A stretch of DNA of 57,744 nucleotides. Origin: an uncultured virus (IMG/VR IMGVR_UViG_3300020247_000249) (taxonomy: Duplodnaviria > Heunggongvirae > Uroviricota > Caudoviricetes). Under the pieces are notes generated by a model, which ran no database searches, was not told the DNA's origin, and saw only the letters and a list, made by a program, of their open reading frames with translations. A program made the position numbers and the translations under genes. Location: IMG/VR virus record IMGVR_UViG_3300020247_000249; one strand, 5' to 3'. Of the stretch, positions 18,945 through 28,284 are shown piece by piece. Positions within the stretch are counted from its first letter, which is position 1, and every line of letters starts with the position of its first letter.

Positions 18945-21419
18945 ATGGCAATTACTTGGATTACGCCAGCAGGAGACCTAGGTACTTTCGAAGAAAGGAT
19001 CACAGTCAACATTCCAATAGAAGCGTCTACTGATACTTCTAGTACAATTTCATATTCTATAATTGCTGGTTCACTTCCTGTAGGTTGTGTTTTATCTGAT
19101 GGTGTAATTAAAGGCGCACCTGGAGAAGTTACAAAACATACAACTAATAAATTTGTTATCAGAGCTGATGACGGTACTGGTGGGTGTATGGATAGAACAT
19201 TTAGTATGTCTATAACAGGAGCAGACTTTCCAGAATGGATTACAGAAAGAGGTTATTTAAATGTTGGGCAAGGTGATGCATACTTTGCACTTGACGATTC
19301 TAAAATAGACTTTCAATTACAGGCAACAGACAAAGATCTTACAGCAGGGGAGACTCTAAGCTACTATATGGTGCCTAACAGCGGTCTTTTACCTCCGGGC
19401 TTGTCATTGTCCCAAACAGGAAAGATCAGCGGTTTTACGGAGCCTGTGCAGGCTGTAGAGTACAATTCAACTAACACTGGAGCATACGATACACATTCTT
19501 TTGATACTGTTCCACTTGATATTGCAAAAAATACATCAACTGGTTTTGACACATACTTTTACGATACGCAAAGATTTGACTATGCAGAAGGAAGTCAAAT
19601 ACCTAGAAAATTAAGTAGAGAATATACATTTAGTATTGCAGTTACTGACGGTATTAATGCTATACATAGAACATTTAAAATCTATGTTGTTACTGAAGAA
19701 TTTTTAAAAGCAGACAACACATTACTACAAGTTGATACAAATTTATTCCAAGCAGATAATAGTGGTAACAGACAACCACTATGGATTACAGATCCTTACT
19801 TAGGTAGATATAGAGCAAATAACTTTGTAACTGTTGCTTTAGATGTTTACGATCCACCTACACTATCAGGTACAATAACTTATTTCTTAGTTGAAAATAA
19901 TCCAGATGGTACTCCAAGTACTATACCACCCGGTCTTACTCTCGATACTGTAACAGGAGACCTTTCTGGTAAAGTTCCGTATCAAGCAGCAGTAACTAAA
20001 AATTATCAGTTCACTATGAGAGCTGTAAACTTTCCTGCAAACTTAGCAACAATTAATTACACACTTGTAGGTAATTGGAGTAGTACTAGAATTTATACTG
20101 TTAACGAAGCAATTGTTTATGATGGAATTATTTACATCGCTATTGTAGAGAACCAAAACAGATTGCCTACGGATACTGATTTTTGGGTACCAGGTGTTTC
20201 AACTGTTGAAAGAACATTCAACATAGACATCATTGGTGAGGTTGAAAGTTCAATTGAATGGATTACACCTTCTGATAGAGGAACTATTAAACCTAACGAG
20301 CCAAGTAACTTATATGTCGAAGCAAAAAGTTTATTGTATGGTGGCAGAATTTTATACACACTTGAAAGTGGAAACTTACCTGCAGGATTAGAATTTTTAC
20401 CTACAGGACTTATTCAAGGTAAAGTAAAACAATTTGAAGATGATAAAGGGTTAGGACTAACTAGATTTTATGAGCAGGATAGTGCTGGAGAAGATTCATC
20501 AACTAGATCTCGAGACTTTAGTTTAACGTTTGATCAAGGTCGATCATCTTTTGATAAAGAGTTTAAATTTACAGTTAAAGCACAAGACGGTGCAAACTTT
20601 GCTGAAGCATTGAGAGAATTTAAAATTAAAGTAGTTGCTGATAATCAAACAGTATTCTCAAACATATATGTTAGAGCATTACAATCAAAAGAGAAAAGGT
20701 TATCATGGTTTAACTTTATTACTGACTCTACTGTTTTTAAACCAGAGGACATTTATCGTTATGGTGATAAGAACTACGGAGTACAGAGTGAATTAACAGC
20801 ATTACTATTTGCTGGTATTGAAAGTAAAACAGCAGAACTGTTTGTTTCTGCAATGGGAAGAAATCATTATAACAAACGCTTTACGTTTGGTAATGTTAAA
20901 AAAGCAGTAGCAAAAGACCCAACTACATCTGAATTGTTGTATGAAGTTGTATATGTTGATATAATTGACGATCTTGAAAAGAATGGTAAAAGCATATCAC
21001 AAGTAGTAGAATTACCAGATGATATTAATAGTAAAATCATTGTAAGTTACGACAGTATTAGTATTGATAGTGATGTTCCATTAGTAAGTGATTCAGATCA
21101 TCAAAGAATTTTTCCTAATTCAGTAAATAACATGAGAAAGAGAATACAAACTGTTGGGGAAAGAGATAGAGGGTTTTTACCTCTATGGATGAGAAGTATA
21201 CAAGAAACAAGCACTTTTGAGCTTGGATTTACTAAAGCATTAGTATTATGCTATACAAAACCAGGGAAAGCCGACAGTATTATAGCTAGAATTAAACAAA
21301 AAGCGTTTGATTTCAAGACTATTAACTTTGTTGCAGATCGCTATATCATAGATATAGTTGACGGGCAAATTGAGGATAAATACTTTGTATTCCCGCAACG
21401 TGGAGAAAAGAAACCGTGA
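18945..21419 (+). CDS. Baseplate wedge-like protein with putative Ig (He_PIG-like) domains
   Basis: Repeated WITP..LG / G.LPPGL.L..G.I.G modules. Confidence 0.7.
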   Translation: MAITWITPAGDLGTFEERITVNIPIEASTDTSSTISYSIIAGSLPVGCVLSDGVIKGAPGEVTKHTTNKFVIRADDGTGGCMDRTFSMSITGADFPEWITERGYLNVGQGDAYFALDDSKIDFQLQATDKDLTAGETLSYYMVPNSGLLPPGLSLSQTGKISGFTEPVQAVEYNSTNTGAYDTHSFDTVPLDIAKNTSTGFDTYFYDTQRFDYAEGSQIPRKLSREYTFSIAVTDGINAIHRTFKIYVVTEEFLKADNTLLQVDTNLFQADNSGNRQPLWITDPYLGRYRANNFVTVALDVYDPPTLSGTITYFLVENNPDGTPSTIPPGLTLDTVTGDLSGKVPYQAAVTKNYQFTMRAVNFPANLATINYTLVGNWSSTRIYTVNEAIVYDGIIYIAIVENQNRLPTDTDFWVPGVSTVERTFNIDIIGEVESSIEWITPSDRGTIKPNEPSNLYVEAKSLLYGGRILYTLESGNLPAGLEFLPTGLIQGKVKQFEDDKGLGLTRFYEQDSAGEDSSTRSRDFSLTFDQGRSSFDKEFKFTVKAQDGANFAEALREFKIKVVADNQTVFSNIYVRALQSKEKRLSWFNFITDSTVFKPEDIYRYGDKNYGVQSELTALLFAGIESKTAELFVSAMGRNHYNKRFTFGNVKKAVAKDPTTSELLYEVVYVDIIDDLEKNGKSISQVVELPDDINSKIIVSYDSISIDSDVPLVSDSDHQRIFPNSVNNMRKRIQTVGERDRGFLPLWMRSIQETSTFELGFTKALVLCYTKPGKADSIIARIKQKAFDFKTINFVADRYIIDIVDGQIEDKYFVFPQRGEKKP

Positions 21420-22030
21420 GTAATATAAATTATTTGAGCATAAACGAAAACTTTCCTGTAGCAGGTGCCGATAACGACACCCAAACATTCAGGGATAATT
21501 TCGATACTATTAAAACAAGTTTAAACACAGCCAAGACTGAAATTACTAGTCTTGAGTCAACTACTGCTAGATTATCTAATCCAGGCGGTGGTGCATACAT
21601 TAATGACTTTCAACTTAACCAAGTTACAAGAGCTGTTATGGCAAATAACAGAGATAAACTTAACAATTTGGGTACAGTACCACTTGTTGAAGGTACAACA
21701 ACAGAGATTGATTACCAAACTGGCTCATACTTTATTATTAACGCTTCATCTGCTCTTAACTTACAGTTTACAAACTTTGCTGGAGATCCTGCAAATGGTG
21801 AAGAAACAGCAGCCCAAAGTGGTGTTAGCAAAGTAACTTTGGAACTTTATACATCAGGTGTTGGTGATAGAGCTGTAACATTTACAACTACAGGCGGAAC
21901 TGTAATTAAGAAAGATAGCAGTTTTCCAGCATCACTTACATTAACTTCTAACACAGATCCTGTGTTTGTTGAAGTTTGGCGTCATAGCCAAGAATTCATA
22001 TACATGAGATACTTAGGCTCATTTAGTTAA
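21416..22030 (+). CDS. Putative structural protein
   Basis: GTGA overlap with upstream gene; FPVAGADNDTQTFRDNF N-terminus. Confidence 0.7.
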   Translation: MSNINYLSINENFPVAGADNDTQTFRDNFDTIKTSLNTAKTEITSLESTTARLSNPGGGAYINDFQLNQVTRAVMANNRDKLNNLGTVPLVEGTTTEIDYQTGSYFIINASSALNLQFTNFAGDPANGEETAAQSGVSKVTLELYTSGVGDRAVTFTTTGGTVIKKDSSFPASLTLTSNTDPVFVEVWRHSQEFIYMRYLGSFS

Positions 22031-22031
22031 T

Positions 22032-22265
22032 ATGTTTCACCCATTAGAAGAAGATTTATCCGAAATGACTACCTCTGAGGTAGAGCTTAAACTAAGCGAA
22101 TTGAACAAAAAATATTACCAAGCGAGCCGTTTAGGCAATAATCAACTGTTGACACAACTTCAAACTTTTGTTACAATATATAGAAATGAACTTCGCCAGA
22201 GAGCAATACAAGCGAAATTTGATGAACAAGAGAAAGATTTGGATCAACTGATTAATGTGGACTGA
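22032..22265 (+). CDS. Hypothetical coiled-coil protein
   Basis: Tightly packed ORF. Confidence 0.7.
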   Translation: MFHPLEEDLSEMTTSEVELKLSELNKKYYQASRLGNNQLLTQLQTFVTIYRNELRQRAIQAKFDEQEKDLDQLINVD

Positions 22266-22728
22266 AACTAATACTACTGAACAACTTATTAAAGGCATAG
22301 TTAAGTATGGCCCGGACATACTTGAGCATTGCGTATGCGCTGATGATCTTAGTAAGTACAAAAACAAGATAGAAAAAGAGTTTCTCGACTATCCACTTCC
22401 AAAAACATCAATAGATTCTACTAATTGGTTCCTTCCATACAAATATCAAAACATGGACATTAAGCAATATTTGTTAGCCAAATGTTCCAATGATACTGAA
22501 TTAGACAGGGTAAATATAGAACTAGCAGAGTATGAGAAGCGAGATTTATTTCCGTTGCTCAAACAGATGGCATATATAATAGATACACTTAGAGAAAAGA
22601 ATATTGTTTGGGGTGTAGGTAGAGGTAGTAGTGTTGCTAGTTTTGTACTCTATTTAATGGGAGTACACAAGGTAGATAGTATTAAATACAATATACCACT
22701 AAACGAATTCTTTAAAGGAGAAATATAA
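22255..22728 (+). CDS. Stand-alone fragment of DNA polymerase III alpha (DnaE-like, truncated)
   Basis: RVNIEL...WGVGRGSSVASFVLYLMGVHKVDSIKYNI matches DnaE GPGRGS.AGSLV.Y.LGIT..DP; ends before the PD.D.D motif. Confidence 0.8.
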   Translation: MWTETNTTEQLIKGIVKYGPDILEHCVCADDLSKYKNKIEKEFLDYPLPKTSIDSTNWFLPYKYQNMDIKQYLLAKCSNDTELDRVNIELAEYEKRDLFPLLKQMAYIIDTLREKNIVWGVGRGSSVASFVLYLMGVHKVDSIKYNIPLNEFFKGEI

Positions 22729-22949
22729 TGGCACTAGTAAGAAGTATGAGAGGTAAGGAAGTTGACATGGAGAAACTTAATCTCAAAAATGAAGAACTTC
22801 CAGCAGTTGGAAATGCTAAAGTAAATGCACGTGGAGACGAATTAGGTCCAGGTGGAAAGATTATTAGAACAAGAGAAGAAGTTCTATCAGACTACTACAA
22901 GCAAAATCCAAGAGCAATCAAAGAAGAAATCGTAAGTAGAAAAAAGTAA
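22728..22949 (+). CDS. Hypothetical protein
   Basis: SD AGGAG; AVGNAKVNARGDELGPGG. Confidence 0.75.
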   Translation: MALVRSMRGKEVDMEKLNLKNEELPAVGNAKVNARGDELGPGGKIIRTREEVLSDYYKQNPRAIKEEIVSRKK

Positions 22950-22968
22950 TTTTTAGATAGGACAATCC

Positions 22969-24588
22969 ATGAGAGTAGAATCATTGGTGATTGTCGGCGG
23001 TGGAAGTTCAGGGTGGATGTCAGCAGCCGCACTGTCTAAACTATGTCCACACATCGACATAACCATTATTGAATCACCTAACATAAAAACTGTAGGCGTA
23101 GGTGAAAGTACACTCGGTCACATTACAAAATTTTTAGATTTGCTAGGTCTTGAAGATAAAGACTGGATGGCAGAGTGTAATGCTACATACAAAAATTCAA
23201 TCAGGTTTACAAACTTTAGAGAGAACGACGGTACCAGTTTTCAATATCCTTTTAGTTTAGGTTTTGATATGACTGATAAACCAGGCGGAATAGATGCTTG
23301 GTCAGAGTTAGCAACTGTATATCCAGATGAATTTACTCCTGATACATTCGCTAAATTTTATGCTACCGCTAACACATATCTTTCTGATATGTGCAAAGGC
23401 ACAACAAATGCAGATGAAAAATTAAGACATTATAGTTTTAAATGGGATACTGCATATCATGTTGATGCTGCAAAACTAGGACAATATCTTAAAAACAATA
23501 TTGCTATGCCTAATGGCGTAACATTGTTAAATCACGATGTAGTACACGTTGATATGGAAGACGATCAAATAAGCGGTCTTTTATTAGATAACGGAGAAAC
23601 AGTATCAGCAGACCTTTATATTGATTGTACAGGATTTCAATCAATGCTTTTAGAAAAAGCAATGAAGCAAGAGTTTTTGTCATTTGATGATTATCTAGCA
23701 AACGACTGTGCTTGGGCATGTAGAGTACCTTATGAAGATGTTGAAAAAGAAATGCACCCTTACACAGACTGTCATGCATTAGATAATGGTTGGGTATGGC
23801 ATATTCCATTATGGAATCGTATTGGTACTGGGTATGTATACTCATCAAAATTTACAACTGCTGACGCAGCAAAAGAAGAATTTAGAAAACACCTAGAAAC
23901 AACAGGTTCAAAAGAACGTGCAGACAATGCAGAAATGTTTCACATTAATATTAAGCATGGCCGTAGACGTAGAGGTTGGGTACGCAACGTTGTTGGCATT
24001 GGACTAAGTTATGGTTTTGTAGAACCTTTAGAATCTACAGGACTACTAACAACGCATGAAAACTTAGTTAAGTTAGTAGAGTGTTTGAATAGAAGAAATG
24101 GTTGGGTAACAAGAACAGAGAAAGAAGGATTCAATTACGCTGTTGAATCAGAAGTATTAAAATTTAGAGATTTTATTTCAACTCACTATGCTCTTTCAAT
24201 GCGTGACGATACTCCTTATTGGAAACATGCAACAGAGTATCACGAGTATTGTCCGGAACTTGTAGGCGAAAATTATAATTTAAGAAACACACAATATCAA
24301 TCTTTGATCGGCGGAGTTACATTAGGTAATACCTATAGTGGAGCAGCAGACTTTCCGCCCTCTTTATTTTTAGCGGCTGGTATGGGTGTAAAACCAAAAG
24401 CAACTAAAGAAATCGTTTTACACGAAGGACCGTACTGGGGCGGGGTAACTAAGTTAGAAGAACTAGATTTTCAGAAACGCAGTTATGAAGATTACAGAGA
24501 CTTTGTAATTGATTATGTTTCTAAACTTCCTAGTCATTACGAATTTTTGAAGAATCATATTTATGGAGGCAAAGATGATCAAAGGTAA
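22969..24588 (+). CDS. Flavin-dependent halogenase (tryptophan halogenase/PrnA family)
   Basis: GGGSSG FAD motif, GVGEST, ATYK (catalytic Lys), IDCTGF, GWVWHIP (WxWxIP), FVEPLESTG. Confidence 0.9.
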   Translation: MRVESLVIVGGGSSGWMSAAALSKLCPHIDITIIESPNIKTVGVGESTLGHITKFLDLLGLEDKDWMAECNATYKNSIRFTNFRENDGTSFQYPFSLGFDMTDKPGGIDAWSELATVYPDEFTPDTFAKFYATANTYLSDMCKGTTNADEKLRHYSFKWDTAYHVDAAKLGQYLKNNIAMPNGVTLLNHDVVHVDMEDDQISGLLLDNGETVSADLYIDCTGFQSMLLEKAMKQEFLSFDDYLANDCAWACRVPYEDVEKEMHPYTDCHALDNGWVWHIPLWNRIGTGYVYSSKFTTADAAKEEFRKHLETTGSKERADNAEMFHINIKHGRRRRGWVRNVVGIGLSYGFVEPLESTGLLTTHENLVKLVECLNRRNGWVTRTEKEGFNYAVESEVLKFRDFISTHYALSMRDDTPYWKHATEYHEYCPELVGENYNLRNTQYQSLIGGVTLGNTYSGAADFPPSLFLAAGMGVKPKATKEIVLHEGPYWGGVTKLEELDFQKRSYEDYRDFVIDYVSKLPSHYEFLKNHIYGGKDDQR

Positions 24589-24970
24589 ACTTACACCATT
24601 ACATGATGACGTGTTAGTATATAACATGCACTTTGGTGAAACTGTAACTAAAGGCGGCATTATCATGGCAAGTGATGATGCAAAAGCACACGGAGTCAAA
24701 TGTCGTTGGGCAAAAGTTTATGCTAAAGGTGCTACAAACACAGACGACTACAAATCAGAAGATTGGATCTTAATTGAGCATGGTCGTTGGACACGAAAGA
24801 TCAAAGTGGATTGTCCCGATCGCGGTGAAATCGAGGTACAAAAGGTTGAGAAGTCCGCCATCCTCGCTGTAGGTACCGAGGACTTTGAACCAGAACTAGC
24901 CTATTGGGGACAACATTATAGCGATGGTGACACCGCTACATTTGACGCAGGTGACTTTGGTGCTCAATAA
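24575..24970 (+). CDS. groES: Co-chaperonin GroES-like
   Basis: LTPLHDDVLV...ETVTKGGII...AKVYAKG...ILAV; SD GGAGG. Confidence 0.8.
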   Translation: MIKGKLTPLHDDVLVYNMHFGETVTKGGIIMASDDAKAHGVKCRWAKVYAKGATNTDDYKSEDWILIEHGRWTRKIKVDCPDRGEIEVQKVEKSAILAVGTEDFEPELAYWGQHYSDGDTATFDAGDFGAQ

Positions 24971-25152
24971 GCGTATTGTATTTCGGGCATTAACCTAAAT
25001 GTCAAGGCTCTACGAGGGCCTTGTGTCGTATTAATTGTAATCTCCCCTGACTTTTCATGGAACTCGATTTTAGTAATTCTAGCACGTTTATTATTTTTAC
25101 CGACAAGGATTTCTTGTCCTACTTCAAGGTTTAGTGAAAGATTCTTAATCAT
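24964..25152 (-). CDS. Small SH3/KOW-like hypothetical protein
   Basis: SD AAGGAG; own late promoter on minus strand (25189-25194). Confidence 0.7.
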   Translation of the reverse strand: MIKNLSLNLEVGQEILVGKNNKRARITKIEFHEKSGEITINTTQGPRRALTFRLMPEIQYAY

Positions 25153-25188
25153 GGGATTCTCCTTTTGTCCAGCGAATGCTGCTAAAAA

Positions 25189-25232
25189 TATTTACCTTAG
25201 GGGTTGACAACAATAAAGTACTATTATATAAT
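25189..25232. promoter_or_regulatory. Divergent promoters: late TAAATA (minus) and sigma70 TTGACA-N17-TATAAT (plus, 25204-25232)
   Basis: Consensus hexamers. Confidence 0.7.
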
Positions 25233-25259
25233 AAAGCAATAACAGTAAAGGAAATATAG

Positions 25260-25664
25260 ATGTCTACAGTAGATCTAAACAAATACAAAGACTTTGTAAA
25301 AGAAGTAACATCAGAAGAGTCAAACGATTGGGCTTATACACAAGCTCGTTTGCATGAATTAAATGACGAAGTTAATATTTCATTATTAATGACAGGTGCT
25401 ATTGGCATTGCATCAGAAGGAGGCGAATTTGCAGAAATTGTTAAGAAATGTATATTTCAAGGTAAACCTATGGACGATGAAACTAAGTTTCATGCTAAAC
25501 GAGAACTTGGGGATATTATTTGGTATTGGATCAATAGTTGCCGTGCATTGGGGTTGGATCCTAATGAAGTCATAGCAGAGAATGTTAACAAATTAAAGAA
25601 GCGTTATCCGGGTGGTGAGTTTGACGTACACTATTCAGAAAACAGGCAAGAAGGTGATCTTTGA
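25260..25664 (+). CDS. mazG: MazG-like nucleotide pyrophosphohydrolase
   Basis: GIASEGGEFAEIVKK, RELGDIIWY, NVNKLKKRYP. Confidence 0.88.
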   Translation: MSTVDLNKYKDFVKEVTSEESNDWAYTQARLHELNDEVNISLLMTGAIGIASEGGEFAEIVKKCIFQGKPMDDETKFHAKRELGDIIWYWINSCRALGLDPNEVIAENVNKLKKRYPGGEFDVHYSENRQEGDL

Positions 25665-26071
25665 CACGAGGATTTACAGCATCATCATTTGACTTGTTCC
25701 ACAGTGGACATGTTGCTATGCTTAAAGAAGCAAGAGCAAATTGCGACTATATGATTGTTGGTTTGCAAACAGACCCAACACTTGATAGACCAGAAAAGAA
25801 TAAGCCAATCCAAAGTGTGTTTGAGCGTTACGTACAACTTGAAGGTTGTAAGTATATTGACGAAATTATTCCTTATGAATCTGAAAAAGACTTAACGGAT
25901 ATTTTTCTTACATATGGAATAGATATACGTTTTATTGGCGAAGAGTATCGCCAAAAGGATTTTACTGCCAAACAAATATGTGTTGACAAAGGCATAGAAA
26001 TATACTATAATAAAAGACAACACTCATTTAGTACAACTAATTTGAGAAAACGCATTAAGGAGTCGGAATGA
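25661..26071 (+). CDS. tagD: Glycerol-3-phosphate cytidylyltransferase-like
   Basis: FDLFHSGH (HIGH-type), VGLQTD, KPI, FSTT. Confidence 0.8.
   Translation: MTRGFTASSFDLFHSGHVAMLKEARANCDYMIVGLQTDPTLDRPEKNKPIQSVFERYVQLEGCKYIDEIIPYESEKDLTDIFLTYGIDIRFIGEEYRQKDFTAKQICVDKGIEIYYNKRQHSFSTTNLRKRIKESE
25983..26011 (+). promoter_or_regulatory. Internal sigma70 promoter for the clamp loader gene
   Basis: TTGACA-N17-TATAAT inside the upstream CDS. Confidence 0.65.
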
Positions 26072-26982
26072 AAGAGTTATGGGTAGAAAAGTATCGTCCT
26101 AAGAAACTTGAAGATTATGTTTTTAGAGACAATCATCAGAAAGCACAAGTACAAGCATGGGTTAAAGATGAGAGTATTCCGCACTTGTTGTTTAGTGGTG
26201 CAGCCGGCATTGGTAAAACTACTATGGCAAAGATGCTTGTTAATGAACTAGGTATTGAAAGTTATGATGTACTAGAAATTAATGCTAGTAGAAATAACTC
26301 TGTTGATGAGATTCGAGATAAGATTACAGGTTTTGTGCAAACTATTCCGTTTGGTCCATTTAAAGTTGTATTACTTGATGAGGCAGATTATTTGTCGCCT
26401 AACGCACAAGCGGCACTACGTGGTGTTATGGAAGAATATCATAGCACATCAAGATTTGTTTTAACGTGTAACTATCCTAATAGAATTATTCCTGCTATTC
26501 ACAGCAGGTGTCAAGGCTTTCATATTGAAAAAATTGATCAGACAGAATTCACTGCAAGAGTTGCAACTATTCTTGTTACAGAAAATATTGAGTTTGAATT
26601 AGATACACTTGATAATTATGTAAAAGTTTCGTATCCAGACTTGCGTAAATGTATTAATATGGTACAGCAAAACGTAAGTGGCAGCAAACTAAGTTCTCCT
26701 ACTAAAGGTGACGAAGGAGAAGCTGACTGGAAGTTTGAAATGGTCGAACTATTTAAAGCAGGTAAAATTACACAAGCACGTAAACTACTTTGTGGTAAAG
26801 TACGTGCAGAAGAAATGGAAGAGATTTATCGTTGGCTGTATGACAACTTAGAAATATTTGGTGAAGAAGAAAAGCAAGACACAGCAGTAATCATTATTAA
26901 ACAGGGTTTAGTAGATCATACATTAGTTGCAGATCCTGAGATTAACTTGGCTGCAACACTAATTAAGTTAGCAAGACTATGA
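26068..26982 (+). CDS. Sliding-clamp loader AAA+ subunit (T4 gp44/RFC small subunit-like)
   Basis: LWVEKYRP, GAAGIGKTT, INAS, LLDEAD, AQAALR, IHSRC. Confidence 0.93.
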   Translation: MKELWVEKYRPKKLEDYVFRDNHQKAQVQAWVKDESIPHLLFSGAAGIGKTTMAKMLVNELGIESYDVLEINASRNNSVDEIRDKITGFVQTIPFGPFKVVLLDEADYLSPNAQAALRGVMEEYHSTSRFVLTCNYPNRIIPAIHSRCQGFHIEKIDQTEFTARVATILVTENIEFELDTLDNYVKVSYPDLRKCINMVQQNVSGSKLSSPTKGDEGEADWKFEMVELFKAGKITQARKLLCGKVRAEEMEEIYRWLYDNLEIFGEEEKQDTAVIIIKQGLVDHTLVADPEINLAATLIKLARL

Positions 26983-27224
26983 AGATAAGATACTACCACG
27001 ACATAGATGGTCCTAGGTGGGTTGGGTTCTTACTTGCAATTATCGCTGCTTTTATTCTTTCAGACGCTAATCCAGAAACACAATGGATAGGCTGGGCAGT
27101 TGCTACAGTTAGTTGTGCAATGTGGATTTACTTTGGTATTAAAGATAAAGATATACCAAGAGCATTAATGGAGGGTATGTATTTGCTTTTAGCATTAAGA
27201 GCTATATATAATTGGTTAGTATGA
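26979..27224 (+). CDS. Small 3-TM membrane protein
   Basis: Hydrophobic segments; ATGA overlap. Confidence 0.7.
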   Translation: MKIRYYHDIDGPRWVGFLLAIIAAFILSDANPETQWIGWAVATVSCAMWIYFGIKDKDIPRALMEGMYLLLALRAIYNWLV

Positions 27225-27799
27225 CACTTACAAAACACATGATGTTTCCGATTCCTTTTTACGAGTTTGATTTATCACACTGCGTAGAACAGTCGCTTGA
27301 ATTAATTCCTAAAGAGTCTAATAACATAAATCCCCATTACCCATCAATTAATCAAACAGACAATCAAGTATTGCATACACTAGATCATTGGAAGTTTCTA
27401 AAAGACGAACTAGAAGATTGCATGTTGCGAATACAAAAAGAAGAAGTATACGATCCTGCCTTTGGACATATAAAGTTAACAAGGCTTTGGGCTAATATGG
27501 CTCTTAAAGGATCAGGTGGTGACCAGCGTCAACATAGACATCCTATGGCTTACTTTAGTGGTATCTTCTACTTAACAGAAGGTGCGCATACTAAGTTTAT
27601 GGATCCTTGTTATGCTAGAAGCCTTTCAGCTATTGAAATACCGAATGATTATATGTACGATAGTTTTACTATTGAACCTAAGCCAGGACAAGTTATAATC
27701 TTTCCTAGTTATGTACAGCATTTAACTTTGCCACATACAGGTGATAATGATAGGATTACAATGGCATTTAATGGTTTACCGGAGAAAATGGTACCGTGA
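27221..27799 (+). CDS. 2OG-Fe(II) oxygenase-like protein (TIGR02466 family)
   Basis: [35 protein letters not shown]; start uncertain (27212 or 27221). Confidence 0.8.
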   Translation: MTLTKHMMFPIPFYEFDLSHCVEQSLELIPKESNNINPHYPSINQTDNQVLHTLDHWKFLKDELEDCMLRIQKEEVYDPAFGHIKLTRLWANMALKGSGGDQRQHRHPMAYFSGIFYLTEGAHTKFMDPCYARSLSAIEIPNDYMYDSFTIEPKPGQVIIFPSYVQHLTLPHTGDNDRITMAFNGLPEKMVP

Positions 27800-28146
27800 C
27801 ACACGTAGTTGACGACAAATGTATTAACTGTAAACACACAACCTGTGTAAGTGTTTGCCCTGTAGATTGTTTTTACGAAGGTGCAAACATGCTTGTAATC
27901 AATCCTGATGAATGTATTGATTGTGGTGTATGTGTTCCTGAATGTCCTGAAGATGCAATATGGCAAACTGACGATGAAGAAAACAAATGGTTTAAACATA
28001 ACCAGTATTTTTCAAATGATGCTAATTGGCCAAACATTACAGACGAACAAGAGCCAATGGAAGACTATGTAGATTTTGCAAAAGAAAACTACAAAGAAGA
28101 TAAAACAAAATTATTTAAAGCAATACCTGCTATACAAATAGACTAA
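27796..28146 (+). CDS. fdxA: 7Fe-type ferredoxin
   Basis: [21 protein letters not shown]...[21 protein letters not shown]. Confidence 0.92.
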   Translation: MTHVVDDKCINCKHTTCVSVCPVDCFYEGANMLVINPDECIDCGVCVPECPEDAIWQTDDEENKWFKHNQYFSNDANWPNITDEQEPMEDYVDFAKENYKEDKTKLFKAIPAIQID

Positions 28147-28259
28147 TGAAAATCAAGATAGAATTAGAAGTCGACACAGCTCGAGATGAGGATCAAAATC
28201 TCATAGATGAGCTTATTGATCTTTTAGACCAACTTCGCGATAGATTCCAAGAAGAATAA
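28146..28259 (+). CDS. Small acidic protein (37 aa), not in ORF track
   Basis: TAATG coupling; [37 protein letters not shown]. Confidence 0.65.
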   Translation: MKIKIELEVDTARDEDQNLIDELIDLLDQLRDRFQEE

Positions 28260-28283
28260 GGGAGTTTTTACACTCCCCTAAAC
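28256..28283 (-). terminator. Intrinsic terminator between convergent genes
   Basis: GGGAGT-TTTTAC-ACTCCC hairpin; U-rich tail on the minus strand. Confidence 0.7.
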
Positions 28284-28284
28284 T

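Noticed and set aside
22938..22960. A_AAA_AAG just before the stop of the 73-aa ORF
   Set aside because: A -1 shift adds only about 4 residues (VIFR*); no stimulatory structure
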